This document shows positions 9,182 through 18,059 of a DNA stretch of 64,000 nucleotides, one piece after another. The notes under the pieces are model-generated. The model ran no database searches, had not been told where the DNA came from, and saw only the letters and a program-made list of their open reading frames with translations. The DNA is from an uncultured Chloroflexia bacterium (GTDB taxonomy: Bacteria > Chloroflexota > Limnocylindria > Limnocylindrales > CSP1-4), in contig CAWFXA010000002.1 in NCBI GenBank assembly GCA_963819655.1, positions 1,408,001-1,472,000 of the forward strand, given 5' to 3'. A program made the translations under genes and the position numbers. Numbering within the stretch: position 1 is the stretch's first letter; each line of letters begins with the position of its first letter.

Positions 9182-9622
9182 ATGCGTCGCCGTCGCATCT
9201 GGTTGAGACGTCTCACGAAGGCCGCCGCCACGGTGGTCGTCGGAGCGATGCTCGGTTTTCTGGTGCCGAGCGTCCTCGCCGACGTGAACGCCAAGCCCGA
9301 GGTCCAGGCGCAGAGCGCCGAATCGCCGGTCGCGCGTCAGTTCATCACCGCGTTCGTCGCGGATGACCAGGTGACCCTCGACCTCCTGCAGATCGGTGCC
9401 GACACGAAGGCCAAGGCCTCGCGCTTCAAGGCCGAGTACGTCAAGGTCGATCCGCCGGTGCACCTCGGGTCGTGGATCATCGGTGGCGGCCTGACCCTCC
9501 ACGCCTACGCAGCTCACGTGGTCGATCAGTCAGGCGTGGAGGATCAACTGGCCTGGCGGGTCGCGACCGGGGCAGGCAGCGTGGGCCTGATCGACCCGCC
9601 CGCATCGACGACGACGCCATGA
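9182..9622 (+). CDS. Hypothetical membrane-anchored or secreted protein
   Basis: GGAGG RBS, basic N-terminus plus hydrophobic helix; overlaps the next start (ATGA). Confidence 0.7.
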   Translation: MRRRRIWLRRLTKAAATVVVGAMLGFLVPSVLADVNAKPEVQAQSAESPVARQFITAFVADDQVTLDLLQIGADTKAKASRFKAEYVKVDPPVHLGSWIIGGGLTLHAYAAHVVDQSGVEDQLAWRVATGAGSVGLIDPPASTTTP

Positions 9623-10413
9623 CAAGCGAACCCGTGCGGGAACCGGACGCCGACGAGCCCGTCCTGGAGCCGCGCACCGAACCCGAAACGCCCGCGCAGG
9701 CCGAATCGGAGGGCGCGGTCGCCGCGACCTCGGCCGGCTCGGATGAGGCGGTCGCCGCGACGTCGGCCGGCGAGGACGCGACGGCAGCTGTCGAAGGGCA
9801 GCCGGCCGCCGATGCCCAGCAGTCCACCGAAGAAGCGACAGCGGCCACGCTGGCTGCGGCAACCGCGCTCGACGTCCCGGCCGGAAGTGGCGATGCCGCC
9901 GCCGTTGCCGACACGACCGTCCCCGCCAACCCCGAGGCGGCGCCGACCGTCGAGCCCACGACGGAAACCGCGAAGCAACGCCGGCGCATAGTGGTCATCG
10001 CCGGCCTGCGGCGCGTGCTCGCCTTCGCCCTGGCGGTCCTCCTGTTCGCCGGCGGGGTGGCCATCGGCCTCAGGGTCTTCGAGATGAACCAGCCGGCTGC
10101 CCCAGTCACGGCGACGATCGACTCCGCCGCGACCCCACCCGCTGTCGCACAGGAATTCATCAGGGCGCTCGCCACGAACGACGCGGATGCCCTGCGTTCG
10201 TCGCTCGATCAGCAGCCGCACAAGGACATCACGGACGAGATGACGCGATTCGGCATCCATCGCGTCCAGAGCATCGAGACGCTGAAGACCGAGATCGATG
10301 GCACCCGGTCGGCCACGGAGATCATGATGATGGCCGAGAACGCCGACGGCCTCGGGTTCGGCATCAACCTAGTCATCCTCGTCGATGGCGGGAAGATCGA
10401 GGGCTTCCGATGA
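9619..10413 (+). CDS. Hypothetical single-pass membrane protein with acidic disordered N-terminus
   Basis: Ala/Glu/Pro-rich N-terminus, TM VLAFALAVLLFAGGVAIGL, C-terminal globular domain; ATGA overlaps at both ends. Confidence 0.7.
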   Translation: MTSEPVREPDADEPVLEPRTEPETPAQAESEGAVAATSAGSDEAVAATSAGEDATAAVEGQPAADAQQSTEEATAATLAAATALDVPAGSGDAAAVADTTVPANPEAAPTVEPTTETAKQRRRIVVIAGLRRVLAFALAVLLFAGGVAIGLRVFEMNQPAAPVTATIDSAATPPAVAQEFIRALATNDADALRSSLDQQPHKDITDEMTRFGIHRVQSIETLKTEIDGTRSATEIMMMAENADGLGFGINLVILVDGGKIEGFR

Positions 10414-12407
10414 AGGTAGGACCGCCGAAGGTCGGATCGCCGATCCCCAAGGTGCGCGACGTCGGCTCCCACATGGCGTTCATGTGGGACAAGAACCTGC
10501 TGCGGCTGGCCGTGCTCATCAGCGTCCTGGCGGTGTTGGTCGCAGTGAACGGGGCGCGTGGCGTCATGGAGGGCGCGATCGCCGCGATCGGCCTCCTGCC
10601 GGTCCTGGCCCTCCAGATGATGTTCGTGGCCTTCCTGATCATCTTCCAGTTCGTGATCATGTTCTGGTTCCTGTCGCGACCGCGGAAGTACACGACCACC
10701 CCCGACGACGCCCAGATCGACCTCTCGTTCGAGAACTACCGGGGTCAGCCCGACCTCCTCGAGCATGCCAAGAGCACGGTCAGGATCCTGCGCGGCCAGA
10801 GCGCGTTCAAGGCTGCGGGCGGCGAGATGCCGAAGGGCATGCTGCTGTCCGGCCTCCCGGGCACCGGCAAGACATTCCTGGCAGGCTGCATCGCCGCCGA
10901 GGGAAAGCTGCCGTTCATCTATATCGACGCGTCGTCGTTGCGCGGCATGTTCTGGGGCATGGACGCGCTGATGGTCATGAAGCTGTTCCGTGACGCCCGC
11001 GGTCTGGCTCGGAAATACGCCGAACCCGGCGAGCGCGGCGTCTGCATCCTGTTCGTCGACGAGCTCGATTCCATCGGTCTTGCGCGCGGGGGGCAGGGGA
11101 CCGGCGTCGGGATGCCCGGCGGCGTCTTCGGCGGTGGGTCGGGCGGTCTCAACACCCTGCTCAATCAGATGGACTCGCTCGGCGATCACGTGGAGGATCG
11201 CTGGTCCCACAAGCTGCTGCGCTGGTTCGGGCTCGTCCGTGGACCGGTCCGCAACAAGCCGCTCGTGTTCGTGATCGGTGCGACCAACCGACCCGAGGTC
11301 CTGGACTCGGCGTTGACGCGACCGGGTCGGCTCGATCGCATCCTCGAGGTGTACGCGCCTGACGGCGACGGTCGGCGCGACATCATCACGCACTACCTCG
11401 CGAAGAAACAGCACGACCCCGACATCGACATCGATTTCATGATCGGCGACTCGATCGGATGGACCCCGGCGATGATCAAGACGATCATCAACGAGGCCCT
11501 CGTCTCCGCCCACGAGGAGGGGCGCGACCGGCTGACCTATCGCGACTGGCTGGCGGCGGCCGACGCCCGGACGTTGGGGCTCAAGCAACCGATCCGACGG
11601 ATGCACGAGGACGACCGTCGGTCGATCGCGTACCACGAGGCGGGCCACGCCGTCGCGGCGTATTACCTCCAGCCCGAGAACCGGATCATCAAGGCGACGA
11701 TCATCCGGCGCGGCGGCGCGCTCGGTGTCGTGCAACCGCAGCCGCGCGAGGAGCGCTACACCCGCCACGCGCGCCAGTTCGAGACACAGATCATGACGTT
11801 CCTCGGGTCTCGCGCGGTCGAGGAGGAGATCCTCGAGACGAAGATGACCGGCGCATCGTCCGACCTGATGGTCGCGTCGTCGATCGCCCTCAGCTACTGC
11901 GGCATCTTCGGGATGGGCTCCGGGCTGCTCGTCATGCCGCCGCAGCAGAACGCGCTGGCGTACCCGATGCCGATCGCCCGGATGGCCGCGTCATTGCTCG
12001 ACACGCTGATGATCGAGACGAAGCGGCTGGTGCGCGAGAAGGAGTACGCCGTCCACGCGGTGGCCGCGGCGCTGCTGGAGAAGGGCGAGCTGATCGGCAC
12101 CGAGCTCGAAGCGGTGTTCGAACAGGCGGATGCGCGGAACGCCGATGCGGCCGCTCCGTTCGAGCGTCAGCTCTTCTCGCTGCCGCGCCTGTTCGACGAG
12201 CCTGGTCAGGGCGCCCCGGGCGCAACCGAATGGCCGGCCGACTCGACCGGGGCCGCGGCGGCGTCCTGGGAGCTTCTCGGCGAGCCCGGCTCGGCGCTCC
12301 CGTCGCGAACGTCGTGGACGCTGTACCTCGAGCCGGGTCAGATCCCGCCGGACGATTTCCACGCTCCGCCGAAGTTCCGGCCGGGGGACCCGCCGCCCCG
12401 CGACTGA
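10410..12407 (+). CDS. FtsH-like membrane AAA+ zinc metalloprotease (divergent paralogue)
   Basis: Two N-terminal TMs, Walker A GLPGTGKT, Walker B ILFVDELD, SRH ATNRPEVLDSALTRPGRLDR, HEAGH and TGASSDL M41 motifs. Confidence 0.9.
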   Translation: MKVGPPKVGSPIPKVRDVGSHMAFMWDKNLLRLAVLISVLAVLVAVNGARGVMEGAIAAIGLLPVLALQMMFVAFLIIFQFVIMFWFLSRPRKYTTTPDDAQIDLSFENYRGQPDLLEHAKSTVRILRGQSAFKAAGGEMPKGMLLSGLPGTGKTFLAGCIAAEGKLPFIYIDASSLRGMFWGMDALMVMKLFRDARGLARKYAEPGERGVCILFVDELDSIGLARGGQGTGVGMPGGVFGGGSGGLNTLLNQMDSLGDHVEDRWSHKLLRWFGLVRGPVRNKPLVFVIGATNRPEVLDSALTRPGRLDRILEVYAPDGDGRRDIITHYLAKKQHDPDIDIDFMIGDSIGWTPAMIKTIINEALVSAHEEGRDRLTYRDWLAAADARTLGLKQPIRRMHEDDRRSIAYHEAGHAVAAYYLQPENRIIKATIIRRGGALGVVQPQPREERYTRHARQFETQIMTFLGSRAVEEEILETKMTGASSDLMVASSIALSYCGIFGMGSGLLVMPPQQNALAYPMPIARMAASLLDTLMIETKRLVREKEYAVHAVAAALLEKGELIGTELEAVFEQADARNADAAAPFERQLFSLPRLFDEPGQGAPGATEWPADSTGAAAASWELLGEPGSALPSRTSWTLYLEPGQIPPDDFHAPPKFRPGDPPPRD

Positions 12408-12519
12408 TCGCGCCTCGACCGGGCACATCAGCCGAAGGCCTTTTTCCGCCAGCTATCGCTGCACCGTTGCGCAGTCGGCGATAAGTCCGGGTTGAGCCTC
12501 GCTCGCCAGAATCGCATCG

Positions 12520-13266
12520 ATGGACTCGATGCAGCGGTGCGGCGCCACATTTCGGGCCGTCCGGATCAAGCGGGGTTGGCGACAGATCGATGTCGCGGCG
12601 CGAGCTGGGGTGAACCGCTCGGTCGTTTCGGCTATCGAGCGCGGCCATCTCGAGAACGTGTCGATCGGCACGCTCCTCGAGATCGCGCGCGCCCTGGACA
12701 TCCAGGTCACGTTCGGTACGCGGTGGCGAGCCGGGGACCTCGACCGACTCGTCAGCGGTCGACATTCTCGGCTTCATGAAGCCGTCGGGAGGTGGTTCGC
12801 CACCGCATTGCCCGACTGGATCCTCGCCCCGGAAGTCTCGTTCTCGTTCTTTGGGGAGCGGGGCGTCATCGACATCCTGGCCTGGCACCCCGGCCGGCGC
12901 GCCCTTCTGGTGATCGAGCTCAAGACCGATCTCGCGGATGTGAACGAGCTGATCGGCACCATGGACCGGCGGCGGCGGCTCGCGTGGGACATCGCCAAGG
13001 AGCGAGGATGGGAGCCGCTCACCGTCTCGAGCTGGGTGCTCGTGGCCGGTGGACGGACGAATCGCGCTCGGATCTCCGCGCACAGAACGCTGCTCCGCAC
13101 GGCGTTTCCGGTCGATGGACGGACCGTCGCCGGTTGGTTACGACGGCCAGATCGGGATATCCACGCGCTCTCGCTCTGGGACAGGGTGCGTGATGACGGC
13201 GGTTCCGGCGACTTTGCGGCCCGGCATCGGGTGCGACGACGGTCCGCGGCGTCTGTCCGACCATGA
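12520..13266 (+). CDS. XRE-type HTH plus PD-(D/E)XK restriction-endonuclease-like domain protein
   Basis: RIKRGWRQIDVAARAGVNRSVVSAIERG HTH; PEV...IDILAWH...LLVIELKT fits the E...D...ExK nuclease motif. Confidence 0.75.
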   Translation: MDSMQRCGATFRAVRIKRGWRQIDVAARAGVNRSVVSAIERGHLENVSIGTLLEIARALDIQVTFGTRWRAGDLDRLVSGRHSRLHEAVGRWFATALPDWILAPEVSFSFFGERGVIDILAWHPGRRALLVIELKTDLADVNELIGTMDRRRRLAWDIAKERGWEPLTVSSWVLVAGGRTNRARISAHRTLLRTAFPVDGRTVAGWLRRPDRDIHALSLWDRVRDDGGSGDFAARHRVRRRSAASVRP

Positions 13267-13446
13267 ACTACGCGGATGGCAGCGACCTTAGGTCTTGCAG
13301 GAGTCGGGTCGACGCCGCTCTGTGCCCCGCCGACCGGCCATAAGGCGGCCATCGATGCGCGATGTGCATGGTCGACGGCGTTGCAACCGTCGCCGCGGGC
13401 CTGGAGCCCGACATTAGGTCGCTGTGATGCGCGTACTTCATGGTCG
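13258..13446. repeat. Three-unit inverted-repeat element, family B copy 1
   Basis: Forward unit 13258-13294; reverse units 13336-13374 and 13410-13446 (ends 72 bp apart). Approximate consensus CGACCATGMAnWWYGCGSATnnnnGCGRCCTTAnG. Confidence 0.75.
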
Positions 13447-13569
13447 CGGGGAGTTGCGCGGGCCGGGGAGGGCCGGGCGGGTCGGGGAGGGCCGGGCGCC
13501 TTGGTCGTCGGGAGGCGGGTCGGGGGTCGTGCGCCGGGCGGGCCTCGGGCCTCCGGGCGGGGCACGCGG

Positions 13570-14430
13570 CTACAGGTCGCGCCGCCGCAGCGAGACGACC
13601 GCCAGGACGAGCACGACCACGATCCATGCCGCGCTCCACGCGAGGAACGTGGCGGGCGGTGGTGCCGATGCGAAGAACGGGTTGGCGTCGGCCGCCGGGC
13701 CGGCGCCGCTGATCGCGCCGGCTACGACCAGCTGCGGTTCGAGGCTGTAGATCGTTCCGCGCCACAGCCCGTCGCTCGGCAGGAGCCAGCGCGACGCTTC
13801 GGCCGCGGCGACCAGCGGCCCCGCGTCGAAGAACCGCCCGATGCCCGCGAAGACGCCGGCCATCCAGCCCAGGCCGAACAGCACGACGCAGATCGCCCCG
13901 CCGGCGATCGCCGGCAGCCGCGTGCTCAACAGCATCGCGAACGTGAGCAGGACGACCGCCTGGGCAGCCAGGAAGACAACGGCCAGCAATGGCTGGGGCG
14001 GCGTGTAGCCGGACACCAACCGGACCGCCGCGATCTCGAGCAGCCCGGAGCCGGCGGCATAGGCAGCGATGACGACCACGAGACCGAGCCACCGGCCGAC
14101 GATCAGATCCGCTCGACGGATCGGCCGCGCGAGCATGGCGTGTGCCACGCCGGACTCGAGGTCCGCCGCGATCGCCGGCGCCCCGAGGAATGCCGCGGTC
14201 ATGGCCAGCACGAAGCTGAACATGAACGCCACCAGGATCTGGACCTGCGAGACCCCGAGCACGATCTCGAGATCGGGCGTCCCGCCGTCGCGCGCGAGCG
14301 TCACGAGTCGCTCGATGCCCCACGTGGTGAGCGCGACGCTGACCACCGTCAGCGCGAACAGGACCGCGAGGATGCGCCGTCGGGCCGTCTCGGCGACGGT
14401 GAGGCGGGCGATGATCAGGATCGCTCTCAT
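13570..14430 (-). CDS. ABC-2 type transporter permease
   Basis: Multiple TMs, DLESGVAHAMLARPIRR motif, C-terminal RRRDL. Confidence 0.88.
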   Translation of the reverse strand: MRAILIIARLTVAETARRRILAVLFALTVVSVALTTWGIERLVTLARDGGTPDLEIVLGVSQVQILVAFMFSFVLAMTAAFLGAPAIAADLESGVAHAMLARPIRRADLIVGRWLGLVVVIAAYAAGSGLLEIAAVRLVSGYTPPQPLLAVVFLAAQAVVLLTFAMLLSTRLPAIAGGAICVVLFGLGWMAGVFAGIGRFFDAGPLVAAAEASRWLLPSDGLWRGTIYSLEPQLVVAGAISGAGPAADANPFFASAPPPATFLAWSAAWIVVVLVLAVVSLRRRDL

Positions 14431-15356
14431 GACCGGTCGGCCGTGTCGCCGACGACGTGCATGAACAGCTCCTCGAGCGTGCCGCGACCCATGTCCACGG
14501 CGTGCACGCGGCCTCCGGCCGTCACGATCGCCGCGACGACATCGGGGATGTCCTCGTCACGGACGCCCGTGATCGTGAGCCAGTCGTCGTCATCGGTCGC
14601 GACCGCGCCGAACCGGGCCAGGCCGGCGAGGCCGGTCGCCGGAAGGTCGGTCACGCGAACGCGCAGCTGGGTATCGCCGAGCAGGTCGTCGATCCGGCCG
14701 TTGGCGAGCACCCGGCCGTGGTCGACGATCGCGACGCGATCGCACACGCGCTCGACCTCGGTCAGGAGGTGGCTGTTGAGGAGCACCGTCGCGCCGGCCT
14801 CGCGGGCCCGTCGGACGATGGCACGGACGTCGGCGCGCCCGACCGGGTCGAGCGCGGAGGTCGGTTCGTCGAGGATCACGAGACGTGGGTTGCCGAGCAA
14901 TGCCACCGCCAGCCCGAGCCGTTGCTGCATGCCCTTCGAGAAGCTGCCGACGGCGTCCCCGGCGCGGTCGGACAGGCCCACGTCGTCGAGCGCACCGTCG
15001 ATCGCGGCCGCGGACGCCGGCGCGCCGCCATCGACCGCCCGGAGCCGCGCGTGAAGCTCCAGCACCTCCCGTGCGCGCAACCACGGTTGGTAGCGGAAGA
15101 GCTCGGGCAGGTAGCCGATCTCGCGCCGCGCCGCACGATCGCCGAGCGGCGCGCCGAGGACCGTCGCGCCGCCGCCCGTCGCGCGCGCCAGCCCGAGGAG
15201 CAGCTTCACCGCTGTCGTCTTGCCTGCGCCGTTGGGGCCGAGGAAGCCGAAGATCTCGCCCGGTTCCACGCGCAGGGTCAGGTCGACCAGGGCATCTGTT
15301 CGGCCGTAGCGCTTCGCCAGGCCACGGGCGTCGATGATCGGGTTGCCCGCGATCAC
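14427..15356 (-). CDS. ABC-2 type transporter ATP-binding protein
   Basis: GPNGAGKTT, FSKGMQQR, ILDEP; start placed at GTG 15356 (VIAGNPIIDARGLAKRY). Confidence 0.9.
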   Translation of the reverse strand: MIAGNPIIDARGLAKRYGRTDALVDLTLRVEPGEIFGFLGPNGAGKTTAVKLLLGLARATGGGATVLGAPLGDRAARREIGYLPELFRYQPWLRAREVLELHARLRAVDGGAPASAAAIDGALDDVGLSDRAGDAVGSFSKGMQQRLGLAVALLGNPRLVILDEPTSALDPVGRADVRAIVRRAREAGATVLLNSHLLTEVERVCDRVAIVDHGRVLANGRIDDLLGDTQLRVRVTDLPATGLAGLARFGAVATDDDDWLTITGVRDEDIPDVVAAIVTAGGRVHAVDMGRGTLEELFMHVVGDTADRS

Positions 15357-15366
15357 CTGCGCGTGC

Positions 15367-15975
15367 TCAGCCTTCCCGCGTCTGCGTCGGTGTCGCCTCG
15401 AACGTGATCTCGGCGTCGAACGCCGGCTGGTCCTTGATGTACGCCGGCTCGAGCGATCCCATGTTGCCGCGCAGAGCGTCGGCCCAGCGCAGGCCCTTGC
15501 AGGTCGCCGTCCCGACAAGGCCCGTGTCGTCGGCCTGGGTGACCGTCACGATGCAGCGGGTCGGATCGGATGTCGTCCAATGCTCGAACCCGACGATCCG
15601 ATCGAGCGTGACGAACGCGGTCTGCCCGAACGGGCTCCCGGAACCCATCGCGCCCATCACCCGGACATACCAGCCGTCCGCGCTGCGGAACGTGGCCTCG
15701 GCACCGAACGTCGGCTCGTATGTCCCGCCGCCGCCGAGCTGGTCGAGCACGATCGGCGGGTCCTCACCGACGGTCACCGTGGCGTGGCCCTCGCGATAGG
15801 TCGCTGCCGGCGACGGCATCGCGAAGTCGGGCGCCTGGGGGTCGTAGCCGAGCAGGTATTGGCAGCCGCCCAGGATCGATGCCGTCGCGAGAAGCGCCAG
15901 CACGAGCGCCGCCTCGGACCGCGACGCCGCCTCGGACCGCGACGCAGCCGCAGACCGGCGGAAGCGCCGACCCAT
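15367..15975 (-). CDS. Hypothetical lipoprotein
   Basis: ATG 15975; signal peptide ending in lipobox LGGC; 18-bp tandem duplication (ASRSEA x2) in the n-region. Confidence 0.7.
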   Translation of the reverse strand: MGRRFRRSAAASRSEAASRSEAALVLALLATASILGGCQYLLGYDPQAPDFAMPSPAATYREGHATVTVGEDPPIVLDQLGGGGTYEPTFGAEATFRSADGWYVRVMGAMGSGSPFGQTAFVTLDRIVGFEHWTTSDPTRCIVTVTQADDTGLVGTATCKGLRWADALRGNMGSLEPAYIKDQPAFDAEITFEATPTQTREG

Positions 15976-15980
15976 GGTCG

Positions 15981-16928
15981 CTACAGGCCGGAGTACGAGT
16001 GCAGCCCGCTGAACCAGAGCGAGCCGGAGTACGTCACGAGGACCATGCCGAACCCGACGACCAGCAGCAACGCGGCCGGCCGTCCTGCCCACGAGCGCTG
16101 GTTGCGGGCATGGAGGTAGACCGCGTAGATCAGCCATGTCACGAGGGCCGCGGTCTCCTTCGGGTCCCAGCCCCAGTAGCGCGACCACGCGATCGACGCC
16201 CACCATGAGCCGAGGATGATCATCGTCGCGAAGATCGGGAAGCCGATGATCACCGCCCGATAGGCGACCTCGTCGAGGACCTTGTGCGACGGCAGCCACG
16301 CGAACCGATCGTCCTGGCCCTGGATCAGATAGCCGACGCCGGCAGCGAACGCGGTCGCGAAGATCCCGTACGACAGCACCGCCATCCCGACATGGATCGT
16401 CAAGAGGGGCGGGTTCTGGAGAGCCGGCACCAATTGCGAGATCTCGCGCGGCAGCGACGAGGCGTACAGCAGCAGCGCCAGGGCAACGCCGAGCGGGAGG
16501 AAGCCGATCGACCGGATGGGATAGCGGTGGGCGAGCAGCGCGTAGCCCGCGACCATCGATGTCGCGAACGCGACCGTGAACTCGAACATGTTGCCCCACG
16601 GTCCACGCCCGACAACGATGCCGCGCAGCAGCAGGGAGCCGCCGAGCGCGGCCGCCGCCACGATCGTCAACCACGTCGCCGCGACGGACAACGGGCTCGG
16701 CGAGGCCGCGACCGACGGCCCGCCGGTGGCGCTGCGCGATGACGACGTCACGAACGCGCCGGTCACGACACCCGCATACGCCGGCTGGTTGGCGGCGCCC
16801 AACGCTGGGAGCCCCACTCGCCGCCCATTCGCCAGCATCACGGCGTGACCGACATGCGCCGCGAACGCGAGCGCGACGAGCACGACCCCGATGGGGAAGA
16901 GCATCGACGAGAGTTCGGCCATGGTCAT
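15981..16928 (-). CDS. ccsA: Cytochrome c biogenesis system II heme ligase (CcsA/ResC; called CcsB in actinobacteria)
   Basis: GRGPWGNMFE, LVPALQ..LTIHV, WWD motif WSRYWGWDPKE, terminal GLHSY. Confidence 0.92.
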   Translation of the reverse strand: MTMAELSSMLFPIGVVLVALAFAAHVGHAVMLANGRRVGLPALGAANQPAYAGVVTGAFVTSSSRSATGGPSVAASPSPLSVAATWLTIVAAAALGGSLLLRGIVVGRGPWGNMFEFTVAFATSMVAGYALLAHRYPIRSIGFLPLGVALALLLYASSLPREISQLVPALQNPPLLTIHVGMAVLSYGIFATAFAAGVGYLIQGQDDRFAWLPSHKVLDEVAYRAVIIGFPIFATMIILGSWWASIAWSRYWGWDPKETAALVTWLIYAVYLHARNQRSWAGRPAALLLVVGFGMVLVTYSGSLWFSGLHSYSGL

Positions 16929-16971
16929 CGCCTCGTTGACGTTCGGCGCGGGCCCGCGGTTGCGGCGGGCC

Positions 16972-17454
16972 TCAGGCCACCGCAGCGCCGCCCGGCTTGG
17001 GGCCGGTCGAGCGAGCGACCGGGACGGGTCGCGCCTTGACGTTGAGCACGAGCCCGCAGTTCGTGCAGGTATCGATCTCGGCGGGCCGGCCGAGTCCGCA
17101 CATCGGGCAGATCACAGCCAGCTCCTCCTCGCCGCGCTCACAGCGCAGCGTGCCGGACGTGTAGATCAGCCCGTGCTGGCGGCAGAACGGCAATCCGGGC
17201 GGGAAGATCGGCTGGCCGTCGCTGCCGATACGGGCGACCTGGGGACCCTCCTCGAGGTTCAGCTTTGCCCGCGGCTTTGTGGCCTGGTAGCCAAGGATGC
17301 CGAGCATCGTGAAGGTCAAGAGCGGGCCGACGACGCCGAGGAAGATCAGCAGGGGAAGCAGCCCGACGACACTGCTCCAATCCGGGATCACGAACATCTC
17401 CGTGATGTCGAGGATCGTGTTCCAGATGCCGTTCAGCGTGTCGACGACGTTCAC
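16972..17454 (-). CDS. Hypothetical membrane protein with C-terminal Cys-rich zinc-ribbon
   Basis: N-terminal hydrophobic segment; CRQH, C, CPMC, CTNC; TAGCAT -10 box 6 nt before the GTG. Confidence 0.7.
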   Translation of the reverse strand: MNVVDTLNGIWNTILDITEMFVIPDWSSVVGLLPLLIFLGVVGPLLTFTMLGILGYQATKPRAKLNLEEGPQVARIGSDGQPIFPPGLPFCRQHGLIYTSGTLRCERGEEELAVICPMCGLGRPAEIDTCTNCGLVLNVKARPVPVARSTGPKPGGAAVA

Positions 17455-18014
17455 GACCGCATGCTACCCGACGGTGGTCGACCTCGACGCGGATTGCCTC
17501 GCTTGACCGTCGCGCCGCGTCCGGGTTTCCAGGGCTCGCGCTCCGGCTCCTCGTGTGCGCTCGGCGGTCGACGGTTCCCGATCGCCGGAGCCGCGAGGTG
17601 CCGTCGATCGAGGCGGCCGAGCAGCCAGGCCGTGCCCGCCGTCCGGGCGCCTTTCGCGTGCAGCGCCGTCCGCAACGCGCGGTCGTCGGTGATGACGAGG
17701 AGGCCCCCGACGCCGGTGGGTCCGGCCGCGGCCCCCGTCTGATCGGCCAGGCCCAGGATCAGGTCGTCCGCGGAGCGCCGCCCCGCATGGCGGACGATCA
17801 GCCCGGCCGCGATCCGCTCCCCGCGGAGGCCCGCGTCGGGCGCACCGTCGAACACGAGCTCGACGCCGATGTGCGCCGGGATGGCGCCACGCAGCCGACC
17901 GATCAGCGCCGCGGGCGGCACCTGATCGCCACCGCGAGCGAGAGCGGGCAGGAAGTTCGAGCCGTCGACGATCAGTCGATCCGTGGCGGCGAGAGGGTCA
18001 CGATGATGTGTCAC
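17451..18014 (-). CDS. NYN domain (YacP/Rae1-like) ribonuclease
   Basis: LIVDGSN, LVFDG, SADDLI, VITDDRAL acidic motifs; leaderless GTG after TACGAT. Confidence 0.8.
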   Translation of the reverse strand: MTHHRDPLAATDRLIVDGSNFLPALARGGDQVPPAALIGRLRGAIPAHIGVELVFDGAPDAGLRGERIAAGLIVRHAGRRSADDLILGLADQTGAAAGPTGVGGLLVITDDRALRTALHAKGARTAGTAWLLGRLDRRHLAAPAIGNRRPPSAHEEPEREPWKPGRGATVKRGNPRRGRPPSGSMRS

Positions 18015-18059
18015 CGGCGAATCGTACGCGCACGGACGCCCACGGCTACGATCGGGTGC

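Noticed and set aside
6130-9294. 1054-aa antisense ORF and many other long shadow ORFs (e.g. 31478-33979, 21233-23374)
   Set aside because: They lie opposite well-supported genes, are Arg/Gly/Pro-rich with no motifs, and are expected from high-GC3 codon bias.
13258-13446. CRISPR array interpretation of the ~37-bp repeats with ~36-bp spacers
   Set aside because: Only three units per locus, mixed orientation, degenerate repeats, partly similar spacers (GACGCC..TC) and no cas genes in the window.
16972-17200. c-type cytochrome next to ccsA
   Set aside because: The Cys pairs are CxxC/CxxH with no CxxCH heme-binding motif; a zinc ribbon is more likely.
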